A stretch of 64,000 bases of DNA, taken from contig CBDDKV010000002.1 of NCBI GenBank assembly GCA_965230395.1, positions 2,625,321 to 2,689,320 on the forward strand, written 5' to 3'. Below the pieces are notes generated by a model, which saw nothing but the letters and a program-made list of their open reading frames with translations, was not told the origin of the DNA and ran no database searches. The position numbers and the translations under genes were made by a program. This DNA is from Bacteroidales bacterium. GTDB taxonomy: Bacteria > Bacteroidota > Bacteroidia > Bacteroidales > UBA10428. Below, one piece after another: positions 19,469-27,320 of this stretch (position 1 is its first letter; every line of letters begins with the position of its first letter).

Positions 19469-20308
19469 TTCTCCATTATTTTGGTTGACGGATATTGGGA
19501 ATATTTATTATTAAATAAAGCTACGTTTTATAGATATAGAATGTATAACTCCAAAGAGGTGTTAAAAAGACAGAGGGGAACTTGGGAATGGTGCAATTCC
19601 AAAAGGGGAACGGCTTTAGCCCTCAGCGGAGTCAATAATCCGGATTGTTGACTATTTGACAAGATCATTTGATAAGAATAAATTCGGTTTTCCATCTTAA
19701 TATAATTTCTGAACTGATGCCTATTATGGGGCATTTTTATAAAATCCAGAAAATAAACCCTTTGTTGTTAATGAGGAGCAGAAGTTGTATGGGTTTGATG
19801 TATGGAAAACCAACGGTTCCGGGAGGGCAATCTATAAATAGCGCATATAATTCCAAACCTTTTTGCAGGATATTCGTAATAGGTGAGGTGTTTTTCCGGA
19901 AACTCTAAATCCAATCAAGACCTTACCTGTTTAGCCTGCCCTGGGAGATTTGAATTTCCTTTAGGGTTCAGCTCAGAAAAAAATAAAACCGCAATATTGA
20001 AGAGTCTGTCAGGACAAGGAGAATTTTTTTTCCTGTTTTTGCATTCTTCCAAATAAGAAGTTGTGTCGCTTTGTTGTGGCTTGACAATGGGATACGAACA
20101 ATAAGTTTCAGAAAAATGCACATGAATCAATAACACTCATCATAAACGAGTGGGAGGTAGGAAATAATCTAATGGGAACTTAGCACACTAGCTAAGGCAA
20201 CGGCATTGGTTTCCATTCTTTCCGAATAAGTGCTTAAAATAAAAACCTTACTAATATCCCGTTGTTTGCGGCGGGTTTGTTCGTTTGAAATTTTACCAAA
20301 ACAGAGAA

Positions 20309-20340
20309 GGGTCGCTTTATTAATCAGAGCGGCCTTTTAT
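20309..20340. terminator. hairpin at the 3' end of the LytTR operon (possibly bidirectional)
   Basis: Stem ggtcgct / agcggcc (one G-U), a 9-nt loop, then ttttatt on the plus strand. It lies 44 nt beyond the minus-strand stop at 20384. Confidence 0.4.
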
Positions 20341-20383
20341 TATTAGATGGATAGAAAGCAAAACAGAAGAAACCTGGAAATAG

Positions 20384-21091
20384 TTAATATAGCCGCGAAT
20401 GTTGTTTGATGTATTCATAAAACCTGTTTCTGAAGGTATTCCCTATAGGAATAAGAATATTTCCGATTTTTATCCTGTTTCTTTCAATTGACTCTATTTT
20501 GTTGAGTTGTACTACCCATGATTTGTGAACCTGGACAAAATGTTTCTCGGGTAAAAGTTCCAAAAGGTTTTTGAAACTTTGCTTTGTCAGTATTTTTTTG
20601 TCAGGAAGGACGAGCCGAAGATATTCTCTCATCCCTTCAATATAAAGAATATCGTTTATACAAACATTCTCTATGTGGTATTCTGTTTTAATGAATATAT
20701 GTGTATTTAAGGAGGGGACAGATCCCTGCTTTTGTTTTACATCTTCAATGACCTTGTTGACACTTTTAAGAAAACGGTCGAAGCCAAAGGGTTTTAACAG
20801 GTAATCAAAGACACGGAGTTCATAACCTTTTAATGCATACTCGGCATAGGCAGAAGTAATGATAACGTAGGGCTTTATTTGAATTGATTCAAGAAATTGA
20901 ATGCCATTCAGATGCTCCATTTCAATGTCAAGAAAGATAATATCTGTTTGGTTGTTTTGGATAAACTGCATCCCATTCATGGCATTATTGAAGCTATCGG
21001 AAAGCTCAAGAACAGGTGTTTTACTGATAAAGTTTTCCAGTTTCTCGGTAGCCAGTGGTTCATCTTCAATAATGATACAAGACAGTTTCAT
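20384..21091 (-). CDS. LytTR-family response regulator
   Basis: REC domain ('CIIIEDEPLA...DIIFLDIEMEHLNG...ITSAYAEYALKGYELRVFDYLLKPF') plus a C-terminal LytTR DNA-binding domain ('ILYIEGMREYLRL...VHKSWVV'). Confidence 0.9.
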   Translation of the reverse strand: MKLSCIIIEDEPLATEKLENFISKTPVLELSDSFNNAMNGMQFIQNNQTDIIFLDIEMEHLNGIQFLESIQIKPYVIITSAYAEYALKGYELRVFDYLLKPFGFDRFLKSVNKVIEDVKQKQGSVPSLNTHIFIKTEYHIENVCINDILYIEGMREYLRLVLPDKKILTKQSFKNLLELLPEKHFVQVHKSWVVQLNKIESIERNRIKIGNILIPIGNTFRNRFYEYIKQHSRLY

Positions 21092-22092
21092 GAAAGTTCC
21101 AGCTTAAGTTCAATAGTGAATATACCATTATTTTTAGAGATATGAAGTTCATATCTGTCACTATAGATAAGCTCCAGTCTTCTTTTAACATTTTCCAGGC
21201 CGACACCTCCGGAATGAGAACTAGATTGGGAATCTTCATTGAACTGATTTTTACATTGAAATGCCAACAGGTGATTGTAGCAATTAATGTTTATTTCAAT
21301 TCCCGGAAGTTTTCCCTGAGAGGAAGCATGTTTAAACGCATTTTCTATAAACGGAAGAAGTAACAATGGGGCAATTTTAATGTTTTGGCAGTTGTTGGGA
21401 AGAGAATGTTTAATAAACTGTGGCTCCTTGAAACGTAGCTTCTGCAGGTTAATATAGTGCCGGATGTATTCTAATTCTTTTTCAAGCGGGACGTAGTCTG
21501 TATTGGTTTCATAAATCATATATCGCATCATATCAGACAAGCTTATTAATGTTCGCGATGCATCATCGGGAGCTTTGTGAATCAGGGTGTCGATATTATT
21601 TAATGTGTTGAACAGGAAATGAGGGTTTATCTGCGATTTTAGTAGCTCCAGTTCGTTTTTTAGGTTTCGGTTTTCCAGTTCGGCCTTTATTCTAATGTTT
21701 TTAAACCAGTTCTCAAACCCTTTTATCAGGCAACCACATTGTGCAATGACAAAGCTGCCCACAATTGGAGGTCCAAAGTTTTTGTAACGGAAGACATTGA
21801 ACTCAGGTAGAAACACTTTATGAAAAGGCAGAAACAAAAAGGTTATTGCAATACTTAGTATAATTGAGTACAGGAGGTATTTAATAAACTCCCGTTTTTC
21901 AAAATAAATGATGAAATAGAAATAGAACACATAGAAAATTGTTATGCCCCATATTGTGTTAATTACAATATGGGGCATTAAGTTTGATGCTGTAAATGGT
22001 TTCGCTTCACTAATATAAGAGTATGAAATAGTGACGCTTAGGAAAACTAACCAGAAAATGCTGTGAATTAAAACCTTTAGGGGGAGCTTCAT
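21088..22092 (-). CDS. LytS/YehU-type sensor histidine kinase
   Basis: Four or five N-terminal TM helices, the His_kinase motif 'LKSQINPHFLFNTLNNI', and ATPase motifs 'PFIENAFKH' and 'GGVGLENVKRRLELIY'. It overlaps the regulator gene by 4 nt. Confidence 0.85.
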   Translation of the reverse strand: MKLPLKVLIHSIFWLVFLSVTISYSYISEAKPFTASNLMPHIVINTIWGITIFYVFYFYFIIYFEKREFIKYLLYSIILSIAITFLFLPFHKVFLPEFNVFRYKNFGPPIVGSFVIAQCGCLIKGFENWFKNIRIKAELENRNLKNELELLKSQINPHFLFNTLNNIDTLIHKAPDDASRTLISLSDMMRYMIYETNTDYVPLEKELEYIRHYINLQKLRFKEPQFIKHSLPNNCQNIKIAPLLLLPFIENAFKHASSQGKLPGIEININCYNHLLAFQCKNQFNEDSQSSSHSGGVGLENVKRRLELIYSDRYELHISKNNGIFTIELKLELS

Positions 22093-22114
22093 AAGTTGTT
22101 CCGTATTTTTATTA

Positions 22115-22654
22115 TTACTGATTTAACTTCAATAGGGCGGGATACTTTTTAAGCATTGCTTTTACTATAAGTTTATGAAATGGTCGAACAAAGAAGAAAT
22201 AAACGTGCCCCAGCCAATTATTAAAGACTACAACTGTTGTTATTGTTAGTTTTTTACTGAATCCATGCCCCGGATATGCAGATAATAATAAGGAAATTCT
22301 GAAATTCAGGTGTTTGTCATCTTCGCCATAAATAACCTCATTCTTTGTCCTGTCAAAAACCCTTAGGATCCCGAACCTTTCTCCGGGTTCACATTTAAAA
22401 TCTTTTAATTGTTCTTTAGGAATTCTTGGTTTACCTTGTTTTAGTCTTAATACCGAAGCGAATGTGTTCCTAATAAATACCATAAACTTCATCCATTTTG
22501 GAGAGAAGATAAGAAAAGCTTTTCCAACGTCAAGGGAGTTTAGTTGATTATTCTCATCCGTCAGTGCTCTGGAGTAACTGTCTGTATAATCATATTTAAT
22601 TGGGACCACATTAAGAATGGAGTCTTTCGGTATTTTGGTCTTAATAATTATCAT
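22115..22654 (-). CDS. DUF2867-like protein
   Basis: 179 aa. 'GERFGILRVFDRTKNEVIYGEDDKHLNFRISLLL' resembles the DUF2867 core. The assignment is from memory only. Confidence 0.5.
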   Translation of the reverse strand: MIIIKTKIPKDSILNVVPIKYDYTDSYSRALTDENNQLNSLDVGKAFLIFSPKWMKFMVFIRNTFASVLRLKQGKPRIPKEQLKDFKCEPGERFGILRVFDRTKNEVIYGEDDKHLNFRISLLLSAYPGHGFSKKLTITTVVVFNNWLGHVYFFFVRPFHKLIVKAMLKKYPALLKLNQ

Positions 22655-22668
22655 CTTTTATTGTTGGT

Positions 22669-23058
22669 TTATTGAATGTGGGTTTTTCTGTTTACAAAAA
22701 AAATTATAAGGAAGCTACCCCCTAAAATGGTCTCTATAATAATTGGTTGCATAATTGCCATGGTAACCGTTTTATTCATCAATTCATAAGTTCCCATAAA
22801 AGCCAGTCCAATTAAAATAATAGCCATAAATAAGCAGATGTACTGTCTGGCATTCGAGTGCTGTAAATTCATTGAGCAAAGAAGTAAAAAAGAAACCGCC
22901 AGCATAAATACGGAAGTCCGACGGGCCAGGACGGCCGTTGCAATACCAGGTTGTAAGCCAATGTTGCTTAAAAAAGAACCGGAATTGAACAGGAGAAGGA
23001 AAAAAAGGTAAGCAAACAGGGCTGAAGTTATTATACATGCAATTTTAAAATAATTCAT
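22669..23058 (-). CDS. small integral membrane protein (4 predicted TM helices)
   Basis: 129 aa with four hydrophobic segments. It overlaps the upstream gene by 4 nt, which suggests translational coupling. Confidence 0.5.
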   Translation of the reverse strand: MNYFKIACIITSALFAYLFFLLLFNSGSFLSNIGLQPGIATAVLARRTSVFMLAVSFLLLCSMNLQHSNARQYICLFMAIILIGLAFMGTYELMNKTVTMAIMQPIIIETILGGSFLIIFFVNRKTHIQ

Positions 23059-23459
23059 AATACATTATTTTTTGAGGTTTTTTTTATGTTTCTATTAATC
23101 AGTATTGCAGGAGTGAGGAGAGACAGCCCGGATAAAAACATTAAATACGCAAAAGGGTTGTCGTTCATAGTAATAATGGCTCCAACTCCCATAAGTAAAG
23201 AGTAAGCAGCGCAAATTAGAATTATATTCCGGGAGTTTTTATTCTTGGTATTCAATCCGGTTGTAGAGATCCATGAAATCACGCCCGGCAAAATTGTTCC
23301 GATACCGGCAGCAAAGTACATAAAGAGAAAGACCAGGAATTGTTCTTTTGCAAGATTTTGAAACATAGGTACAATAAAAACAGTCGCTGCCAGGTGAGTA
23401 ATGCCTAAAAAGGCAAGGAAAATACAGGAACCTTTGAGCCATTTAATGTATTTATTCAT
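23055..23459 (-). CDS. small integral membrane protein (4 predicted TM helices)
   Basis: 134 aa with four hydrophobic segments and a basic C-terminal tail. Confidence 0.5.
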   Translation of the reverse strand: MNKYIKWLKGSCIFLAFLGITHLAATVFIVPMFQNLAKEQFLVFLFMYFAAGIGTILPGVISWISTTGLNTKNKNSRNIILICAAYSLLMGVGAIITMNDNPFAYLMFLSGLSLLTPAILINRNIKKTSKNNVL

Positions 23460-23479
23460 TATTCGGGGATTTTTTAGGA

Positions 23480-23869
23480 TTACTTAGTTGTTTCGGGAGA
23501 AAAGATTGAAGAAAAGAAACCCACCACAGGGAATAAACACAGTGGGATAATTATTAAGGCCTGAGGGAACGGTAATTTCCAGAGTGTAACTTCGGTAATA
23601 ATCCGGATAATAAAAAGGGAGGAAAACAACATTAAAGCGCTGTTTTTAATGGGGCTCTTGATAAGTTTCACCGTTTGAAAAGTAACGATTAGTCCCATAC
23701 CTCCCAATAACGCAATTAAAATATAGTGATATGTAATAAAAATGTATTTCATATCTTCAGGCATATCAGATAATGTTGGTTTCCAGTCGGGCATAAGCGG
23801 AAATAATAAATGAAATACAGTAAAAAGTAAACAGATAATTCCCGAAATTCGAAGTAGGATCATTTTCAT
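23480..23869 (-). CDS. small integral membrane protein (4 predicted TM helices)
   Basis: 129 aa with four hydrophobic segments. It is the first gene of the minus-strand operon. Confidence 0.5.
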   Translation of the reverse strand: MKMILLRISGIICLLFTVFHLLFPLMPDWKPTLSDMPEDMKYIFITYHYILIALLGGMGLIVTFQTVKLIKSPIKNSALMLFSSLFIIRIITEVTLWKLPFPQALIIIPLCLFPVVGFFSSIFSPETTK

Positions 23870-24344
23870 AATTAAAAAGTTTGAGCCCGTTAACGAATTA
23901 AAAGGAAAGGGCTTTGGAAAAGCTTGCTCCTTTTAGAGGCGCCTCGCGGGCTTGGTTAGTTGTCGGGTACAAAGTTCATACTTGTTGGGGGAATGAGGAA
24001 ATAAAATCAATAAACGAAATGCGTTTGTCAACGAACAAAATAAAAGTGAGGATCAAGAAAAGATTACCCGGGAATTACAATAACAGTTTTAGATTTACGT
24101 GAGCCCCTCCTTTTTGAATTACCCTTTTTTTAATGTTATGCGTGAATTTTAGCAATTCTTAGTGCTTGTCAGAAAGCAAAGGTATTTGCGGGTATGTTAC
24201 AGGAAAGGCTTATTCAGGGTTCGCCTAATATTAGCCCTGAAAGTATCAATTTTATACGGTGATGCAATGCGGGAAGTTTTGTATGATTCCAAATATAACA
24301 TGAAGCATTAATTAGGGATCGTGTGCAAAGTCGCAATGTTACTC

Positions 24345-24497
24345 ACGCATTTTATATTCTTAAATGTGTTCGTGACCTTCGGTTCCGCGTTGTCGCACAA
24401 AATATAAACCCTCATCCCGACCTTCGGGAATGTGGTTGGTGTTTTTTACAATGTATTTTTATTTTAGTTGTGATCAAGGGCTCTGCCGATGTCTCAG
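24345..24497 (+). repeat. left copy of a diverged inverted repeat (partner at 60639-60795)
   Basis: The core gcgttgtcgcacaaaatataaaccctcatcccgaccttcggga aligns with the reverse complement of 60706-60748 (gtgtcgttgctcaaaatccaaaccctcatcccgacattcggga). Similarity continues through ...atgtatttttattttagttgtgatcaagggctctgccgatgtctc, matching atgcattttatttcaattgtgttcaagaactctgtcgatgtctc. Confidence 0.75.
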
Positions 24498-24600
24498 CAT
24501 CGGTTCATACGCCAAGAACCGAACGGAGAGGGCCTCATGACAGAAAGGAATAATTTGAACTTTCTAGTCCAGGCTCCTTAGTTTATGGACGGGTTCTTGA

Positions 24601-26931
24601 TTAATCAGGTTTATTCTCCATTTTTAAAACGAGCCTGCCACCATTAATAATGTCTTTATGTCGGATTTCGTAATCATCAAGGGGCTGATCATTCAAAAGC
24701 ACTTTTTTAACATAAACATTTTCAGGACCGTTATTCCGGGTTTCAATGCTAAAACTACTGCCTTCATAATAATCAGGGTTTAGCCGAATGCTTATTTTGT
24801 CAAATATAGGGCTGCCTATCTGGTAAGCAGGGTTTTCCTCAGTACCTCCTGTCATTTGAAAAAGACCAATTTTCATTAAAACACTAAGTGAGCCCATTAA
24901 CCCCTGATCTTCATCGCCGTTGTATCCCGTGTCCGGATTCAAGCCGGAGTAAGCAGCTTTTACAACTTTACGCGACCAGTATTGTGTTAAATCAGGCCGG
25001 CCTAGTTTGTTGAAAATAAACGCCGTTTGAATGGACGGTTGATTGCCATAGTTAACAGGTATTCTGTTGTATTCCGGATGGAGTTCTTTGTCGTGTGAAG
25101 TACCGGCCGTAAAACCTAATTTTTCAGCCTCCACAAAAGAGTTGTTTAACTTTTCAATAGCTCTTTCCTTTCCTCCCATCAATTCAGCCAGCCCGTTTAG
25201 GTCGTGAGGGACAAACCAGGTTGACTGCGCCCCGTTTGATTCATTAAACCCATTCTCATATTCATAGGGGTCAAAAGGTTCCTTCCAATTGCCACTGGCA
25301 TCCTTTGGGCGCATCCAACCTGACGTGGGATCATAAACATGTTTATAGTTTTCAGAGCGTTTCATGAAATACTTGTAATCATCATCTTTTTCCAAGGCTT
25401 TCGACATTTGGGCCAGGGTCCAGTCCTGGTAGGCATACTCCATAGTTAAGCTCGCCCCATCCTGATGATACCCAAAGTCACCTTCCGGAATGGGCCAGGG
25501 GACATAACCTTTCTCAACATAATAATTCAACCCGCCGCCAAGGTTTGTTTTATGTTCGTATCCTGCTTTCCCCATGATACCTCCTGGCATGTGGTTTTTC
25601 TTTAGCCCTTCATATGCAGCATCAATATCGAAGTTCCGAATGCCTTTCTGGTAAGCACTAACAATAAACGGAGTTGATGAGGCCCCGGTCATTACATAGG
25701 TGTAATTTCCTCCTGACGGTCCGCGGGGAATGAGCCCTCCATCTTTGTAATATAAAAGCAGGGAATTGACAAACTCTTCTGAAATTTCAGGGTATACTAA
25801 ATGCCAAAGAGTATTTAACGTCCATTGCGCACCCCAGAATGCGTCAGAATTGAAGTGTCTGTGCTTTGGAGAACCGTTTTCATCCAGGTCGATTTGCCTT
25901 ATTTTTCTCTCTTTACCGGTAAAGTCTGAGTATTTACCATTTACGTCGCTTATTGTCCTTCTGCCTTGCAGTGCATGGAACAAGTCGGTATAAAACCTTT
26001 TTCGGTCTGTTTCTGTTCCTCCTTCGATTTCAATTCTGCTCAAATATTCATTCCATTCATGCTGCGATTCACTCACAATTTTATCAAAATCCCAGTGGGT
26101 AAGTTCCGTGTCAAGGTTTAACAAAGCCTGTTCTTCGTTTACATAGGATATGCCTACCTTCATAAGTAACGGAGTGTCCCTTTTGCCGAGGTTGACAATT
26201 ACCCCTGAGTTTTTCCCGGATATCTGATTAATGTTCGAATAAATATTATTACTAACCCACCCATCAATTGACTTAATTTCATCATTAAAACGAACAGCAA
26301 AAAAAACAGGCGTACTTTTAGGCCTCCTTTTTGTAGGTCCGTTAACAATTTTACCGGTTAATAAATCACTGTCAACTTTCTTTATTTCGCCGTATTCAAT
26401 ATCAGAGGGGCCCAACATTCCTCCGAGTTTAAAAAGTACTTTTTGATCGTCATCTTTATTGTTAAAGGTATATCTATGAAAACCGGTCCTGAGTGTAGAG
26501 GTAAGTTCCACATCAATATTATAGCGGTTTAGGGTTAGTTTGTGGTAGCCGGGTTTTACAACTTCATTGTCGTGCGAAAAACCGGAATAGTAATTTTCTT
26601 TAATGCTACTTACTTCATTTTTCTCTGACACAGGCATTAAGGAAACCCCTGATAACTGCCAGGCATGTATGTGGCTGAACCCCTTAACAGAATCGGAGTT
26701 GTAGCGGTAGCCACTTCCCCAGGCACCACCAATTTCGGTGTCAGGACTTAAATTAACCATTCCGAACGGCCTTGTTGCAGAATTAAAGAAAAACCATCTT
26801 GAGTTGGCACAATCCAGATGGGGGTATACCATGTCAACAATCCTATTTTCAGGGGTGCAACCCGATAAGGCGAAAATGAGGATGAACAAATTAAGCGAAA
26901 GTTTCATTAATGTATTTTTTTTATCAAACAT
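24601..26931 (-). CDS. GH92 alpha-mannosidase (lipoprotein)
   Basis: 'SRWFFFNSATRPFGMVNLSPDT', 'KGFSHIHAWQLSG', 'ESNGAQSTWFVPHD' and 'GNQPSIQTAFIF' are GH92 motifs. The lipobox 'LSGC' suggests the real start is the Met at 26907 (MKLSLNLFILIFALSGC). Confidence 0.9.
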   Translation of the reverse strand: MFDKKNTLMKLSLNLFILIFALSGCTPENRIVDMVYPHLDCANSRWFFFNSATRPFGMVNLSPDTEIGGAWGSGYRYNSDSVKGFSHIHAWQLSGVSLMPVSEKNEVSSIKENYYSGFSHDNEVVKPGYHKLTLNRYNIDVELTSTLRTGFHRYTFNNKDDDQKVLFKLGGMLGPSDIEYGEIKKVDSDLLTGKIVNGPTKRRPKSTPVFFAVRFNDEIKSIDGWVSNNIYSNINQISGKNSGVIVNLGKRDTPLLMKVGISYVNEEQALLNLDTELTHWDFDKIVSESQHEWNEYLSRIEIEGGTETDRKRFYTDLFHALQGRRTISDVNGKYSDFTGKERKIRQIDLDENGSPKHRHFNSDAFWGAQWTLNTLWHLVYPEISEEFVNSLLLYYKDGGLIPRGPSGGNYTYVMTGASSTPFIVSAYQKGIRNFDIDAAYEGLKKNHMPGGIMGKAGYEHKTNLGGGLNYYVEKGYVPWPIPEGDFGYHQDGASLTMEYAYQDWTLAQMSKALEKDDDYKYFMKRSENYKHVYDPTSGWMRPKDASGNWKEPFDPYEYENGFNESNGAQSTWFVPHDLNGLAELMGGKERAIEKLNNSFVEAEKLGFTAGTSHDKELHPEYNRIPVNYGNQPSIQTAFIFNKLGRPDLTQYWSRKVVKAAYSGLNPDTGYNGDEDQGLMGSLSVLMKIGLFQMTGGTEENPAYQIGSPIFDKISIRLNPDYYEGSSFSIETRNNGPENVYVKKVLLNDQPLDDYEIRHKDIINGGRLVLKMENKPD

Positions 26932-27136
26932 ATATGGTGTTTTTTTTCACATCAAACGTTAGTTGTTAAGTTTGGATTTACACTTCTCCGTTAGTTCTTC
27001 CCTGTTTACCAAAAAGTAGGCTGTTGTGAAACACTGTAGGAAAAACAAAATGGTACCCTGGAAGTGTTTTGGAACAGTCTCAAATACTTAAATTTAAATA
27101 ATAAAATCAATAAAATTAAAAGGCCAGGCTTGTTTT

Positions 27137-27169
27137 AATATGGAAAATTTATGCTGAAATATGGAAAAT
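27137..27169 (+). promoter_or_regulatory. direct repeat aatatggaaaat x2 (21-bp period) upstream of susC-like gene 1
   Basis: Identical 12-mers at 27137-27148 and 27158-27169, ~150 nt upstream of the ATG at 27321. An AAtaTTTG near-match to the -7 box directly follows. Confidence 0.35.
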
Positions 27170-27320
27170 ATTTGTCAGCCTTAAGTTTATATGAAAAACA
27201 AAAAAAAGTCCATGATATTGAAAAAAAAATCCATAACTTGAAATTTAGTTCCACATAGCTTTGTTTAAGTAAGACCGCGCAGAAACATGCCGGTTAGTAT
27301 TAATCCTAACTTGTTTTCTT

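Noticed and set aside
24323-24553. A 76-aa plus-strand ORF (MQSRNVTHAFYILK...).
   Set aside because: It spans the left inverted-repeat copy. Only its last ~25 aa resemble the 60449-60682 ORF and the rest is repeat or hairpin sequence, so it is treated as a truncated remnant, not a gene.
27124-27132. A 9-mer caggcttgt shared upstream of both susC-like genes (27124-27132 and 46189-46197), considered as a common operator.
   Set aside because: By rough estimate, about one shared 9-mer is expected by chance between two intergenic regions of ~400 and ~650 bp, and the flanks do not align.
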